IMG/VR virus record: IMGVR_UViG_3300023297_000003
Reading direction: 5' to 3' (one strand)
DNA length: 64,000 nucleotides
Source: a virus
Lineage: Duplodnaviria > Heunggongvirae > Uroviricota > Caudoviricetes
The position numbers and the translations under genes were made by a program. Of this stretch, positions 47,341 to 56,065 are shown one piece after another. Within the stretch, counting starts at the first letter, position 1. Each line of letters starts with the position of its first letter. The notes below the pieces were generated by a model. The model saw nothing but the letters and a program-made list of their open reading frames with translations. It made no database searches and had not been told where the DNA came from.

Positions 47341-47819
47341 CCTCCAGGTTTGTGTGTCCGCCGAAGAGCGGCGAGTTCTATTCGTACCGAATAATAGTGG
47401 ACGAGCAGCGCCACGTAGATGAAATCTACAGCTAGGGCTAACATCGGTGGCAAGATGGTCCACGCCCGGATGCCCATGTAGCCCTCGTAGGTCTTTCGGA
47501 CGGACTTCTCGTGGGCTACACGGACCTCCTCGGGGTCAGCGTCCTCCTTCCAGTGTGTCCCATGTCCGCTGTTGAACCAGCCGGGGGTCGGGTAGGTCGC
47601 TGCGGGACGGGCACAACCGTGGTCGTCAGGCACGCTGACCACGTGGTTTGCAAACCAATCGTACAACTCAGAGGACATATCCTCTATGGCCATTGTCGCT
47701 TCTTCGTCACCCACGCTGCAGTCCCCGATCCGACCTGTCATCCAGGCAACAAGGGATCGCTCGAAGTTGCCCGAGTACTGTTCCGTGTCCACAACGAAGA
47801 CGTGCGTGTAGTTGATCAT
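47337..47819 (-). CDS. hypothetical protein (start MINYTHV)
   Basis: ATGA overlap with the upstream gene. Confidence 0.6.
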   Translation of the reverse strand: MINYTHVFVVDTEQYSGNFERSLVAWMTGRIGDCSVGDEEATMAIEDMSSELYDWFANHVVSVPDDHGCARPAATYPTPGWFNSGHGTHWKEDADPEEVRVAHEKSVRKTYEGYMGIRAWTILPPMLALAVDFIYVALLVHYYSVRIELAALRRTHKPGG

Positions 47820-48211
47820 CTTCGCATCCTTCTCAGAAGCATCACCCGGTCGTACAGTGCCGTTCCGCAGGGTGTGTTCAAGAGCCAGGGCCACTTCGGG
47901 TGATCCGGGGTGAGCCAGAACTCCTGTAACAGGATTGATCTTTTCGTAAGGGGCATGATCTGAGGAGGCACGAACCTTGGTTTGGCAACCTTGCACCGCC
48001 AGATTTCGATGCTCTGTTTACACCCATGTGAGTTCTTGGAAAAAATCCGTGCTGCTGGCAAACTTTTGAACACGAACAAGCCGCCCGTTTTCGCTTTGGC
48101 CCATTCGTCAGGTTTGTACTCCATCTGCCAGTCAGGGTTGTTAATAACGACCGAAAGGCGTTTCCTCCACCAGAGGTGACCTGTGACCCGGACGACCTTG
48201 TAAGCAATCAT
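47816..48211 (-). CDS. AYKVV-family hypothetical protein
   Basis: MIAYKVV...GGLFVF...IWRC. Confidence 0.7.
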   Translation of the reverse strand: MIAYKVVRVTGHLWWRKRLSVVINNPDWQMEYKPDEWAKAKTGGLFVFKSLPAARIFSKNSHGCKQSIEIWRCKVAKPRFVPPQIMPLTKRSILLQEFWLTPDHPKWPWLLNTPCGTALYDRVMLLRRMRR

Positions 48212-48603
48212 GCTGCTTCCTTTTGGGCCGGGTTGGGCATCTTTTGGGTGAGCTTGACCCGTTGAAACAGCAGCGTACCCTTGGGGACGGGCATCAGGGC
48301 GTGGCCGTATGTGCCCCCCCAGAAGCACTCAAAGTCCGCTGCTGTACATAAAATTGACATGTAGGGGATGCTCATGACAGTGAGGCATCGGTCCTCTACC
48401 TCACACTCCCAGATCTCGGGCATCCGAAAGTCGTTGGCCTGAGCGAAGACAGCAGCGTTGGTGTAGGTGTCGAATACGAAGAGACCCCCCGAGCGAGCCT
48501 CGGCCCATTTCTTCACTGGGTAAAAGGTCTGCCACCCAGGGACACCCATGAAGAGGCTCACTCGTTTGTCCCCGTGGCGTTGGACGACCTTGTACGCTTT
48601 CAC
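48208..48603 (-). CDS. AYKVV-family hypothetical protein
   Basis: MKAYKVV...GGLFVF...IWECEVE...PKGTLLFQRVKL. Confidence 0.7.
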   Translation of the reverse strand: MKAYKVVQRHGDKRVSLFMGVPGWQTFYPVKKWAEARSGGLFVFDTYTNAAVFAQANDFRMPEIWECEVEDRCLTVMSIPYMSILCTAADFECFWGGTYGHALMPVPKGTLLFQRVKLTQKMPNPAQKEAA

Positions 48604-48953
48604 TAGAACCTCCCCGGATGATTCCAGGCTTTGCAGACGTTGTCATATTGTGTGGCCAGCTTGTTCCGCTCGCCCTGACCGAACTTGATCAGGCGTGCCC
48701 GCATGCGCTTGCGATACTTGGCCCAGAGCACCCTGTTGGCCATCGCAGGGCCGAGCAGATCCCCGAACTCATCCTCCGCAGCGTCCAGGAGACGCTGGAT
48801 CTCCCGCTCCCGACTGTACCTCTCACGTTTGGGTCGGCCCACGGGGCACCTCCTGTAATAGGGGTTCAAGTTCCGAGGCCATCCATCCGAAGTTTTCCCA
48901 AAGCCCAAAAATGTCGCCCATGTCAGTGGCTTGATCGTGTTTGACCAGGGCAC
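48603..48953 (-). CDS. basic hypothetical protein
   Basis: 116-aa Arg-rich ORF. Confidence 0.5.
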   Translation of the reverse strand: MPWSNTIKPLTWATFLGFGKTSDGWPRNLNPYYRRCPVGRPKRERYSREREIQRLLDAAEDEFGDLLGPAMANRVLWAKYRKRMRARLIKFGQGERNKLATQYDNVCKAWNHPGRF

Positions 48954-49110
48954 CGCCTCGCTCCACGGAGATGACGGTTCCTACACGGCAAGGAGGGCCG
49001 TCTACGCCTTTCCTGAGCCGGACCCGTTGTTTGACCCAAAGTTTCATGCCGTGTCTCGCTCACGTTTCCGTTCCTGGCCCCACAGCAGCATGGAGCATCC
49101 GTTACTCCCT

Positions 49111-49136
49111 CTACTCGGCTGGTGCCCTGAATGATC
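49111..49136 (-). promoter_or_regulatory. class A promoter variant (GATCATT-N13-GAGTAG)
   Basis: one mismatch, correct spacing. Confidence 0.6.
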
Positions 49137-49829
49137 TCTCCAGTTCTGTGGTTTGTTGTTCGAGGTGCATGCTTTTCCTAGTGCCAGCCCATCGGTGTCG
49201 CTCCTTCCCGCCGGGCTTCCCCCGGCACGGGTCTGCAATCAATACGGCAGTCTAGTTGCCTCATGTTCGGGGTGTAGACCACGTCCTCCATGAACTCGTC
49301 CAGGTGACGGGTCGCTTCTAGGTAGTCTTGGGCTGAGGTTCCTGCTTCGGCCACGGCGAGGTGGAAGGCACCCTGGAAGAGTGAAATCTCGGTGCAAGCG
49401 TAGGACCGGACAAGGTGTGAGTCGTTCCATCGGGAGCCACACTCGTAGCTCCCGATGGAAAAATGTCAGGAAGCTTCTCAGGAGGCTTCTTAGCGGGGCG
49501 TCACAGAACGGGCACTTTGGGTGCAGGGTCCACATCGAAGTTGATTCAGTCATCCAGTCCCCTCTTGGTAGTTTTTGGCCTTCTCCAGGGCTTCGCTCAG
49601 GAAGCCATCACAGATGATCCCCTCGTTAGCCAAACGGCCTCCCTCGGCCAGTCCGATGAGGTAGGTGGTTCGTCCCCCAGCCTTCATTCTGACCTCCTGG
49701 ACGATGACCTGAATGGGCTGGTTGCTCAGGTTGCTTTCTTCCTTCCCAAACTGGCAATGGACGCACCGGAACTCGACGCCCCGGACGGTCTCGGTGTGTT
49801 GTCCCTGACAGTGCGAGCACGGGCGCAGG

Positions 49830-51605
49830 ACGAAAGCATTATAAAAGTTCCTTGACTTTTGGCACAATCGGGCCTATGTTGTCCGTATGAGGGATGAAAA
49901 ACCACTTCGAGTTCGTGCGTCGGTGGCAGCCAAACTCCTTGGTCTTCAAGGAGTAGCTCTTCGTAGAAGAGCCGCCAAGGGAGAAATACCTGCTATCCGG
50001 TCCGACACTGGACGCTGGTTTATCCCCACATGGTGGGTCGAAGAACAGGCAGGAGTGACCCCGAAGACGACAGAGTGTCGGTGCGCTATCTACGCAAGGG
50101 AATCTTCATCTGAGAACAAGGCAGCACTGGCTTCGCAAGTTGATGGGCTCCGTCGGTATGCTACAGCAAAAGGCTGGCAAATTGTTCAGGTGGTCACAGA
50201 AATCGGCTCTGGCATTAACGACGAGCGACGAAAACTCCACCGGCTTCTGGCTGCTAAGGATTTCGATGTGCTTCTTGTAGAGCACAAAGACAGGCTCACT
50301 CGATTCGGTTTCCGCTGGTTCGTAGCCCTTGCGCCGTTTCGGATCGAAGTCGTCAACGTCGCTGAAGACAAGACCTCCGATCTTATGGAAGACCTCGTGG
50401 CCATCATAACGTCCTTCTGTGCTCGTCTTTACGGGCAGCGACGAGGCAGGAAGAAGACAGAAGCAGCAATCCAAGCGCTGGAGAAGAAAAAGTAGATGCG
50501 TAAGGCGCACAAGACCTTCTCTGTCCCTACTATGCGACGCTCCAGTCGCATCTTCATCAACGATCTGAACACAGGAAAGCGGGACGAACTTGTAGATTTT
50601 CTGCGATTGTGCCACGACACCACGCAGTACTTTGTAGATCTCTTTTGGCAACGAAAGGACTTCTCGGCTACTCTCGCAGACCTCCCTACAGTACATCGAG
50701 GACGAGACAGGTTCAAAATCACGACCCGACTTGCTCAAGCCCTTGCCAAACAAGCGAAGGAAACGGTCCGATCTGCCCACGCCAACAAGCACAGGAAACC
50801 TAGTCTTCGTAGACACACAGCCACACTGTGCTCGCATTTCGTAACCGTTTCGGAGTTCGATGGGGCATTCGATTACGCTATCAAACTGATCGGCTCTGGA
50901 GCCCCCCGAGTGGTCATTCCTACAAAGAGCACCGCACACATCAACAAGATGCTCAGTAACGGCTGGAAGATCAGCAAGTCTATTCGGCTCGGTCGTAGAA
51001 ACGACGATCTCTACATAGACCTCTTGCTGGAGAAGCCCAAAGCCCCCAAGCGGAAGATCGGAAAAATCCTCGGGATGGATTCCAACTACAAGGCTGGTCT
51101 TGTCTTCTCTGATGGCCAACAGATCGCAGATGAACCATATGCCCTTATCCAACAATTTGGACGTCGCAGGAAGCACACAAGAACCTATATCAAATCGGTG
51201 GTCGGTCACGCCCTCAAGTCTCTTGATTTGAGTGGTGTCCAAGAGCTGTGCATCGAGGACCTGAAACATGTGAAACGTGGTACACGGGGAAAGTTTCCTC
51301 GTCGGTTTAATAGGCGGTTGTCTCATTGGCTTTATGCCTATACGGCGGATCTCATTGAACGGAAATGTGAGGAAGAGGGGGTCCGGCTGGAACGGAAGAA
51401 CCCCTGGAAAACCTCGCAGTTCTGTCGAGTATGCCGTAGATGGGACAGGCGAAATCGGAGAGGGGACAAGTTCAAGTGTGTGCATTGTGGGCATTCCGAA
51501 CATGCCGACCTCAATGCTGCCAAGAACTTGGAGCTTCTTGGGTTGGCGGGAGTCTATGGTCTCCGTTTACTACCAAATCCTCTGCCGGTTTATGCCGGTT
51601 CTGGG
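49830..51605 (+). mobile_element. IS607-family element (family 3, autonomous)
   Basis: GG core at 49828-29 and 51604-05 fixed by in-frame empty site; TTGACT-17-TATGTT promoter 6 nt before the tnpA ATG. Confidence 0.92.
49887..50495 (+). CDS. tnpA: IS607 transposase (HTH + serine recombinase)
   Basis: AIYARESS, EIGSG, LLVEHKDRLTRFG, EDLVAIITSFCARLYGQR. Confidence 0.95.
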   Translation: MRDEKPLRVRASVAAKLLGLQGVALRRRAAKGEIPAIRSDTGRWFIPTWWVEEQAGVTPKTTECRCAIYARESSSENKAALASQVDGLRRYATAKGWQIVQVVTEIGSGINDERRKLHRLLAAKDFDVLLVEHKDRLTRFGFRWFVALAPFRIEVVNVAEDKTSDLMEDLVAIITSFCARLYGQRRGRKKTEAAIQALEKKK

Positions 51606-51608
51606 TAA
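50496..51608 (+). CDS. tnpB: compact TnpB endonuclease (370 aa)
   Basis: RuvC-I LGMDSN, RuvC-II CIEDL, CRVC/CVHC, HADLNAAKNL; stop TAA supplied by flanking DNA. Confidence 0.9.
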   Translation: MRKAHKTFSVPTMRRSSRIFINDLNTGKRDELVDFLRLCHDTTQYFVDLFWQRKDFSATLADLPTVHRGRDRFKITTRLAQALAKQAKETVRSAHANKHRKPSLRRHTATLCSHFVTVSEFDGAFDYAIKLIGSGAPRVVIPTKSTAHINKMLSNGWKISKSIRLGRRNDDLYIDLLLEKPKAPKRKIGKILGMDSNYKAGLVFSDGQQIADEPYALIQQFGRRRKHTRTYIKSVVGHALKSLDLSGVQELCIEDLKHVKRGTRGKFPRRFNRRLSHWLYAYTADLIERKCEEEGVRLERKNPWKTSQFCRVCRRWDRRNRRGDKFKCVHCGHSEHADLNAAKNLELLGLAGVYGLRLLPNPLPVYAGSG

Positions 51609-51699
51609 CCATTAGGTAAACAGACCGTGAGAATGTCCCCTGGTGTAGCCAGGGCCTTGATGGTGACGTCTTTGCTGTACTCATCAATGGGAAAGGCCA

Positions 51700-52248
51700 T
51701 CAGAAATCACCGTCCCCGTAGATGTCATCGTATGTCAGGAGGCCCTCGTCGGGGTGCCTGTCGATTACCCAGTCGGGGATGTAACGATCGGCCCAGATGG
51801 ACCGCATCACGTTGCCTCCTGTTGACGGTATAGGGGTCTGCTGTTTCCTTGTGGCCTCTTCCGATTTCCACCATCTAAATTTGATCCCTTGCGGTCCGTC
51901 ATAGATCTCTTTCAGCCGAGCGCCCTGTGCTCGGTCTTCCGTTTCAGCGTAGAGATACAGGACATAGTCGCCCCGTCTGGTCGTGGTACTTACCTTTGCC
52001 AGATGGAAGAGGCCTTCTGACAGCTCCTTTTCGGCCACCTCCACTAGTCGACCCATGCTCGGACCGAAGAAGAGCCATTTGCCGGACATTTTGGGATAGG
52101 TCCCATCCGCCGACATATGGAACCAACCGTCTTCCGTGTGTACTCTCATGTCAGCTCCTCTCGTTACAAGCTCTACTCCAAGCGTACCCTGATGACCTAG
52201 CGCCTTGACAGTGACGTCCTTGCTGTACTCATCAAGGGGGTAGATCAT
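51700..52248 (-). CDS. hypothetical protein (likely start ATG 52149, MRVHTEDG)
   Basis: GAGGAG RBS and promoter variant at 52173-52197 precede 52149. Confidence 0.55.
   Translation of the reverse strand: MIYPLDEYSKDVTVKALGHQGTLGVELVTRGADMRVHTEDGWFHMSADGTYPKMSGKWLFFGPSMGRLVEVAEKELSEGLFHLAKVSTTTRRGDYVLYLYAETEDRAQGARLKEIYDGPQGIKFRWWKSEEATRKQQTPIPSTGGNVMRSIWADRYIPDWVIDRHPDEGLLTYDDIYGDGDF
52173..52197 (-). promoter_or_regulatory. class A promoter variant (GGTCATC-N12-GAGTAG)
   Basis: 23 nt upstream of ATG 52149. Confidence 0.55.
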
Positions 52249-52269
52249 GGTCCTGATTTTACCCCCCTA

Positions 52270-52623
52270 TTAGTCCTCTACCTTAAGTTTCATCAGGAAC
52301 ATGGGGTCGCCCCTTTTGTACAGGCCCAACATACAGCGGGGTCTGTAGTTTTGTCTGCTGAAACGCCAAAACAACCCGTCCTCTTTGCATTTCTGGCAGA
52401 GACCTAGATGGGGGTAGTCCGGGAGGGAAGCTCCCTCACAAGCCGCACAGTAGTGCCTTCCACAGTGTATGCAACGATGTTTGAGGAGTTCGGCCCACTC
52501 CTCCTCCGTTTTTTGTTGTACCGTTGTCCTGCTTAGTTGGACATCCTTATTTGTCACCAGTTTCCCGCAAAGATCGCATTGAACCCTTACTCGCAGTTTC
52601 AATCCGTCTAGCGCAATGCTCAT
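52270..52623 (-). CDS. Cys-rich zinc-finger protein
   Basis: CDLC, CIHC, CAAC, CQKC. Confidence 0.6.
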   Translation of the reverse strand: MSIALDGLKLRVRVQCDLCGKLVTNKDVQLSRTTVQQKTEEEWAELLKHRCIHCGRHYCAACEGASLPDYPHLGLCQKCKEDGLFWRFSRQNYRPRCMLGLYKRGDPMFLMKLKVED

Positions 52624-52626
52624 GAG

Positions 52627-53556
52627 TTACCGCCCATCCCTGGTCACAGAGATTGCTTCGGCCACTGTCCAGTCAGGCAGAGCGTCGCACCAGAACCCAG
52701 CGGCCCCGTCGTGACCGCCCCCTCCCATGCTCTTAGCGATAGCGGCCATGGAGATGTCGTCACGGAGCGGATTGCGAAAAAGAGTGACCTTCCATTTGTT
52801 CCGAGAACCGTGGAAGGCGAAGACCAAGACCCCTACGTGGTTGTCCTTCCAGAGTCCGTCCACTACCTTGGAGTTGGACAGGGGGGCATTGATGGCAAGC
52901 CAGTCCTGGTCCTTCCATCGGATGTCCAAAGCACACGCCCGAGCCAACTTGTGATTCTGGGCCTGGACGTATTTCGAGATGGCGTTCCCCGCACGGAGGA
53001 TCTTGGGCTCGAGTTCTCCGCAATAGATCAGAAGGCCCTTCCAGAGCCAGGGGTTCTTGTGAGGATCAGTCTCTTCCTCCGCCTTCATCCCGTACTGGAA
53101 AGGGAGGACTTCGGGATCCTCGTGATCCCAAACATCGTAGCGGCCAAGCATCCGCACGGTGTAGGGCATCGGCTTTCCGGGGAAGAAATGTACCCACGCC
53201 TTTTCGCAACCGGAGAGGCCGTCATCGAAGTGTAAAGCGTTGCCCTGGAAGACGGTGGCGTCCTTTCCCTTGCTCTGCACTGTTTTGACGATCTCCTGGA
53301 TATTGGGCTCGTGATGGTCGAGCCAGATGATTCTCTCGGGGTGCCAGTCCAGTTTCCCAGCGAGGCGTATGAAATCCTGAGCGGGAGGGGTCCAGTCCAC
53401 AAGGACAACGGTATCCCTCGTCAGGATGTCGTTATGGGGAAAGTCGTCCCCGTGGTCAATGGGATGCAGAATAGAGCCAGGAAGGGCCTTTGAACAGACG
53501 GCCCCGCCGCAATGCCCGTCCAGGTCTGCGGAGTGGTAGAAAATATGCGTTGCCAT
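52627..53556 (-). CDS. DHH/DHHA1 family phosphoesterase (NrnB-like)
   Basis: YHSADLDG, VLVD, WLDHH, GRYDVW, GGGGHDGAAGF. Confidence 0.9.
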   Translation of the reverse strand: MATHIFYHSADLDGHCGGAVCSKALPGSILHPIDHGDDFPHNDILTRDTVVLVDWTPPAQDFIRLAGKLDWHPERIIWLDHHEPNIQEIVKTVQSKGKDATVFQGNALHFDDGLSGCEKAWVHFFPGKPMPYTVRMLGRYDVWDHEDPEVLPFQYGMKAEEETDPHKNPWLWKGLLIYCGELEPKILRAGNAISKYVQAQNHKLARACALDIRWKDQDWLAINAPLSNSKVVDGLWKDNHVGVLVFAFHGSRNKWKVTLFRNPLRDDISMAAIAKSMGGGGHDGAAGFWCDALPDWTVAEAISVTRDGR

Positions 53557-53592
53557 TAGTCAACTCTCCTTCAAGTTCCATCCACACAAGCT

Positions 53593-53618
53593 CTACTCCA
53601 ATCGCACCCTTGATGATC
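53593..53618 (-). promoter_or_regulatory. class A promoter GATCATC-N13-GAGTAG
   Basis: exact match upstream of the DHH gene. Confidence 0.75.
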
Positions 53619-53684
53619 TCTGAGGGTCTCCGATTGTGCCCTTGCCCGGTGTTACGGAGTAGACTTACAGAACGGAGGGGACCG

Positions 53685-53912
53685 ATGAAGACACCACTAG
53701 CAGCGATGGAGCTTGGTAAAGATCTGTGGAAGATCGTGTATGAAACAGAAGAGGCCGAAGCGCTGTTTGCCTGGCGGGTGGTGCTCATGCGGAAGCCTAC
53801 CCCCTTGGAGTTCCGAGTCCTGGCATCCTGCGCTTCCAAAACGGACGGCAAACCGGACGTTCACTACCTGTACGAGATCCTACCCCCGGCGGGAGAACCC
53901 TATGTCCTCTAG
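53685..53912 (+). CDS. hypothetical protein
   Basis: MKTPLAAM... behind GGAGGGG. Confidence 0.55.
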   Translation: MKTPLAAMELGKDLWKIVYETEEAEALFAWRVVLMRKPTPLEFRVLASCASKTDGKPDVHYLYEILPPAGEPYVL

Positions 53913-54015
53913 GCCGTTTCAATCCACGCATATTCTTTTCAGAAGATGCGACAGCGATAAGCACCTAAAGAACACACGAATTGTCCCTCCTTGTCAAATG
54001 TTTTCTTAGGAGCAA

Positions 54016-54525
54016 TTGATGTCTAAGCGGATCACGAAGGCCCTCTGGAAAAAGTTCCGGCAGGAGAACGCTGTTGGTCAAGACTGCCAACTAATCACCG
54101 TGACCAACGCCCACACCTACTGGACGGGGCAGGTCGTGTCCCCCGAGGAGTACGAGGAACTGGTTGATCTCACAGGCTGCCGTTACGGAACCGCTAATGG
54201 CATCCAGGCTGCCCTGGACCGTTTCGGACTGGAGTTCGTGGAGGAGCCTGTGTGGCCCTCGTTCATGGGCACCAAGGATCTCCCCTGTGAGATCAACGTG
54301 TGGCACAAACGGTACGGTTCCCATTCCGTCCTGGCAGTAGACCTGTGTGCAAAAACTGAGGCTGTGAGGCTGCTGAACTTCGACTACCTCACAACTGCCG
54401 AAGGATGGATGTTCCTTGAGGATCTCCATCACTTTGAGTGCAAAAACCCGAACAGAAAGGAACCTCGCTGGTCCGGGCGGACGATCAGGCTTCGGGAGTC
54501 GTCGGGATCTGGGACAATTTCCTGA
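54016..54525 (+). CDS. possible C39-like/papain-fold peptidase
   Basis: QDCQLITVTNA (Cys) ... GSHSVLAVD (His); AGGAG RBS. Confidence 0.45.
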   Translation: MMSKRITKALWKKFRQENAVGQDCQLITVTNAHTYWTGQVVSPEEYEELVDLTGCRYGTANGIQAALDRFGLEFVEEPVWPSFMGTKDLPCEINVWHKRYGSHSVLAVDLCAKTEAVRLLNFDYLTTAEGWMFLEDLHHFECKNPNRKEPRWSGRTIRLRESSGSGTIS

Positions 54526-55921
54526 GTAGGTCGTCCACGGGGGTACTCGGGAGGGTGTTTTTCTCTTTCTCAATGTACCGAGCGGCGAGGGCCTGAGTCA
54601 GCATTTCCTTGAAGCCCGACACCTTGGCCTGGGTGTCCGCATCCCGCAGCCGGATCAGTTTCGCCATCAGGGTGTAACAGTCGTCAGGGTCCGCTCCGGG
54701 CTTCACCAGATCATCACCATCCAGCAGGACTGACAGTTTGCGGAACGCCGCCAACCAGTCACGGGAGGTACGCCCCCGCATCAGCGACGGTGACCCCTTG
54801 AGGTGACGGATGAACATGCCAGCGAACTGCCGGGCCGGTCGTCCGGGGTCACCCTCTGGGGGGTAGCCGAAGGCATTGGTCACGGACAAGAGCGCTTCCT
54901 TCCACGGGTTGGGCCGGTTCGTCACGATCTGGACGACATCCTGGATCTTGTCCGCCACGACTTCTGCGGACATGTTCTCACTATCATAGATCCTTAAGGA
55001 ACGGGCCACACGATGCATCGCTGTTTCCCAGGGATTGTTCTGTTCATCATAGAACTTTTTATTTGGGGAGAAGTTGTCTTCTGATGTCACTATCGGATTG
55101 TAGGTGTCCTCCGTTGGGGTCTCTGAGGCGCTGTACTCCTTGAGGAAGGTCAGGAAGCCTTTGGGGCCTTCCCAGGCGTCGGTGTACCACTCTGGCTGGG
55201 TTTTTAAAGCTAGAGCGATGACCATCTGGCTGACGCCCCTCTTCCCAATCACGTTTTGGATGTACCGACAGAAATTGACCAAACTGAGGCCCCTCAGATC
55301 ATGATGTCTGTCGACCCAGGTCCGGTATTCAGGGAAGAGGTTGATGACGTCTTCGGTGGTCAACCGGCCTATCGGTCCCTTGGCTTCGTTCCAGTAGGCC
55401 ATGAACCCGGACTGTCCTAACCAATGGCTTGTGTCAAAGTTAGACTGCCCCGATTGTTTGAGGGCAACCCACTCTTCCGTGAACCGTTCTGGGGACACAT
55501 CGATCAATCGCTGGATGTACAGGAGATGGTGCTTGATCGTCTCCCCCTGCAATCCCCGGTTATGAGCGGTCCACCGGATGTATTCCGGAAGGTGCTTTTT
55601 GACTTCGGCTTTGGTAGGGAAGCTCATAACTCCTCCATTGTTCTGACTCAGAGAGGGAGACGCCTCCGTCCTCCGCCAATAGGCCATGAATCCGGCTGGC
55701 CCATTCCAAAAGGATGACTGGAAGGTCAGGATGGTCTGCAGACGGGTTGTCACCCTTTCTTCGAACTGGTGTGCGGGTACGTCTAACAGGTCTTGGATCA
55801 GGTCTAGGATACACTGGACATAGTACCGGACCGTTTTCTGTGAGAGATTGTGGGTCGCTTCCACCCACCGGACGTACTCCGGGAGGTGCTTTTGGATCTC
55901 GGCTTTGGTAGGGAAGCTCAT
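54485..55921 (-). CDS. tandem integrase core-binding (SAM-like) repeat protein, 3 repeats
   Basis: MSFPTKAEIQKHLPEYVRW / MSFPTKAEVKKHLPEYIRW / FPEYRTW, each ending W.G..GF(M/L). Confidence 0.65.
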   Translation of the reverse strand: MSFPTKAEIQKHLPEYVRWVEATHNLSQKTVRYYVQCILDLIQDLLDVPAHQFEERVTTRLQTILTFQSSFWNGPAGFMAYWRRTEASPSLSQNNGGVMSFPTKAEVKKHLPEYIRWTAHNRGLQGETIKHHLLYIQRLIDVSPERFTEEWVALKQSGQSNFDTSHWLGQSGFMAYWNEAKGPIGRLTTEDVINLFPEYRTWVDRHHDLRGLSLVNFCRYIQNVIGKRGVSQMVIALALKTQPEWYTDAWEGPKGFLTFLKEYSASETPTEDTYNPIVTSEDNFSPNKKFYDEQNNPWETAMHRVARSLRIYDSENMSAEVVADKIQDVVQIVTNRPNPWKEALLSVTNAFGYPPEGDPGRPARQFAGMFIRHLKGSPSLMRGRTSRDWLAAFRKLSVLLDGDDLVKPGADPDDCYTLMAKLIRLRDADTQAKVSGFKEMLTQALAARYIEKEKNTLPSTPVDDLLRKLSQIPTTPEA

Positions 55922-55960
55922 GCCGTTTTCGCCCCTGGTGTTCTGGTCATTCTCTCTGAT

Positions 55961-55971
55961 CTACTCCAACG
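55961..55971 (-). promoter_or_regulatory. class B promoter CGTTGGAGTAG
   Basis: exact 11-mer upstream of 55921. Confidence 0.55.
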
Positions 55972-56065
55972 AGAGCAAAAAGGCCTGGAAAGACACAGAT
56001 TCTGTGGGTAGGGTAATCGGGCGGGTGGACGAACAGTCCGCTCGCACCACAACCCTGGATGGCAG

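Larger units (their letters stand above)
49550..51700 (-). pseudogene. 124-aa zinc-finger gene interrupted by IS607
   Basis: removing 49830..51605 joins MAFPIDEYSKDVTIKAL...PNGY to LRPCSHCQG...CVHC in frame. Confidence 0.85.
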
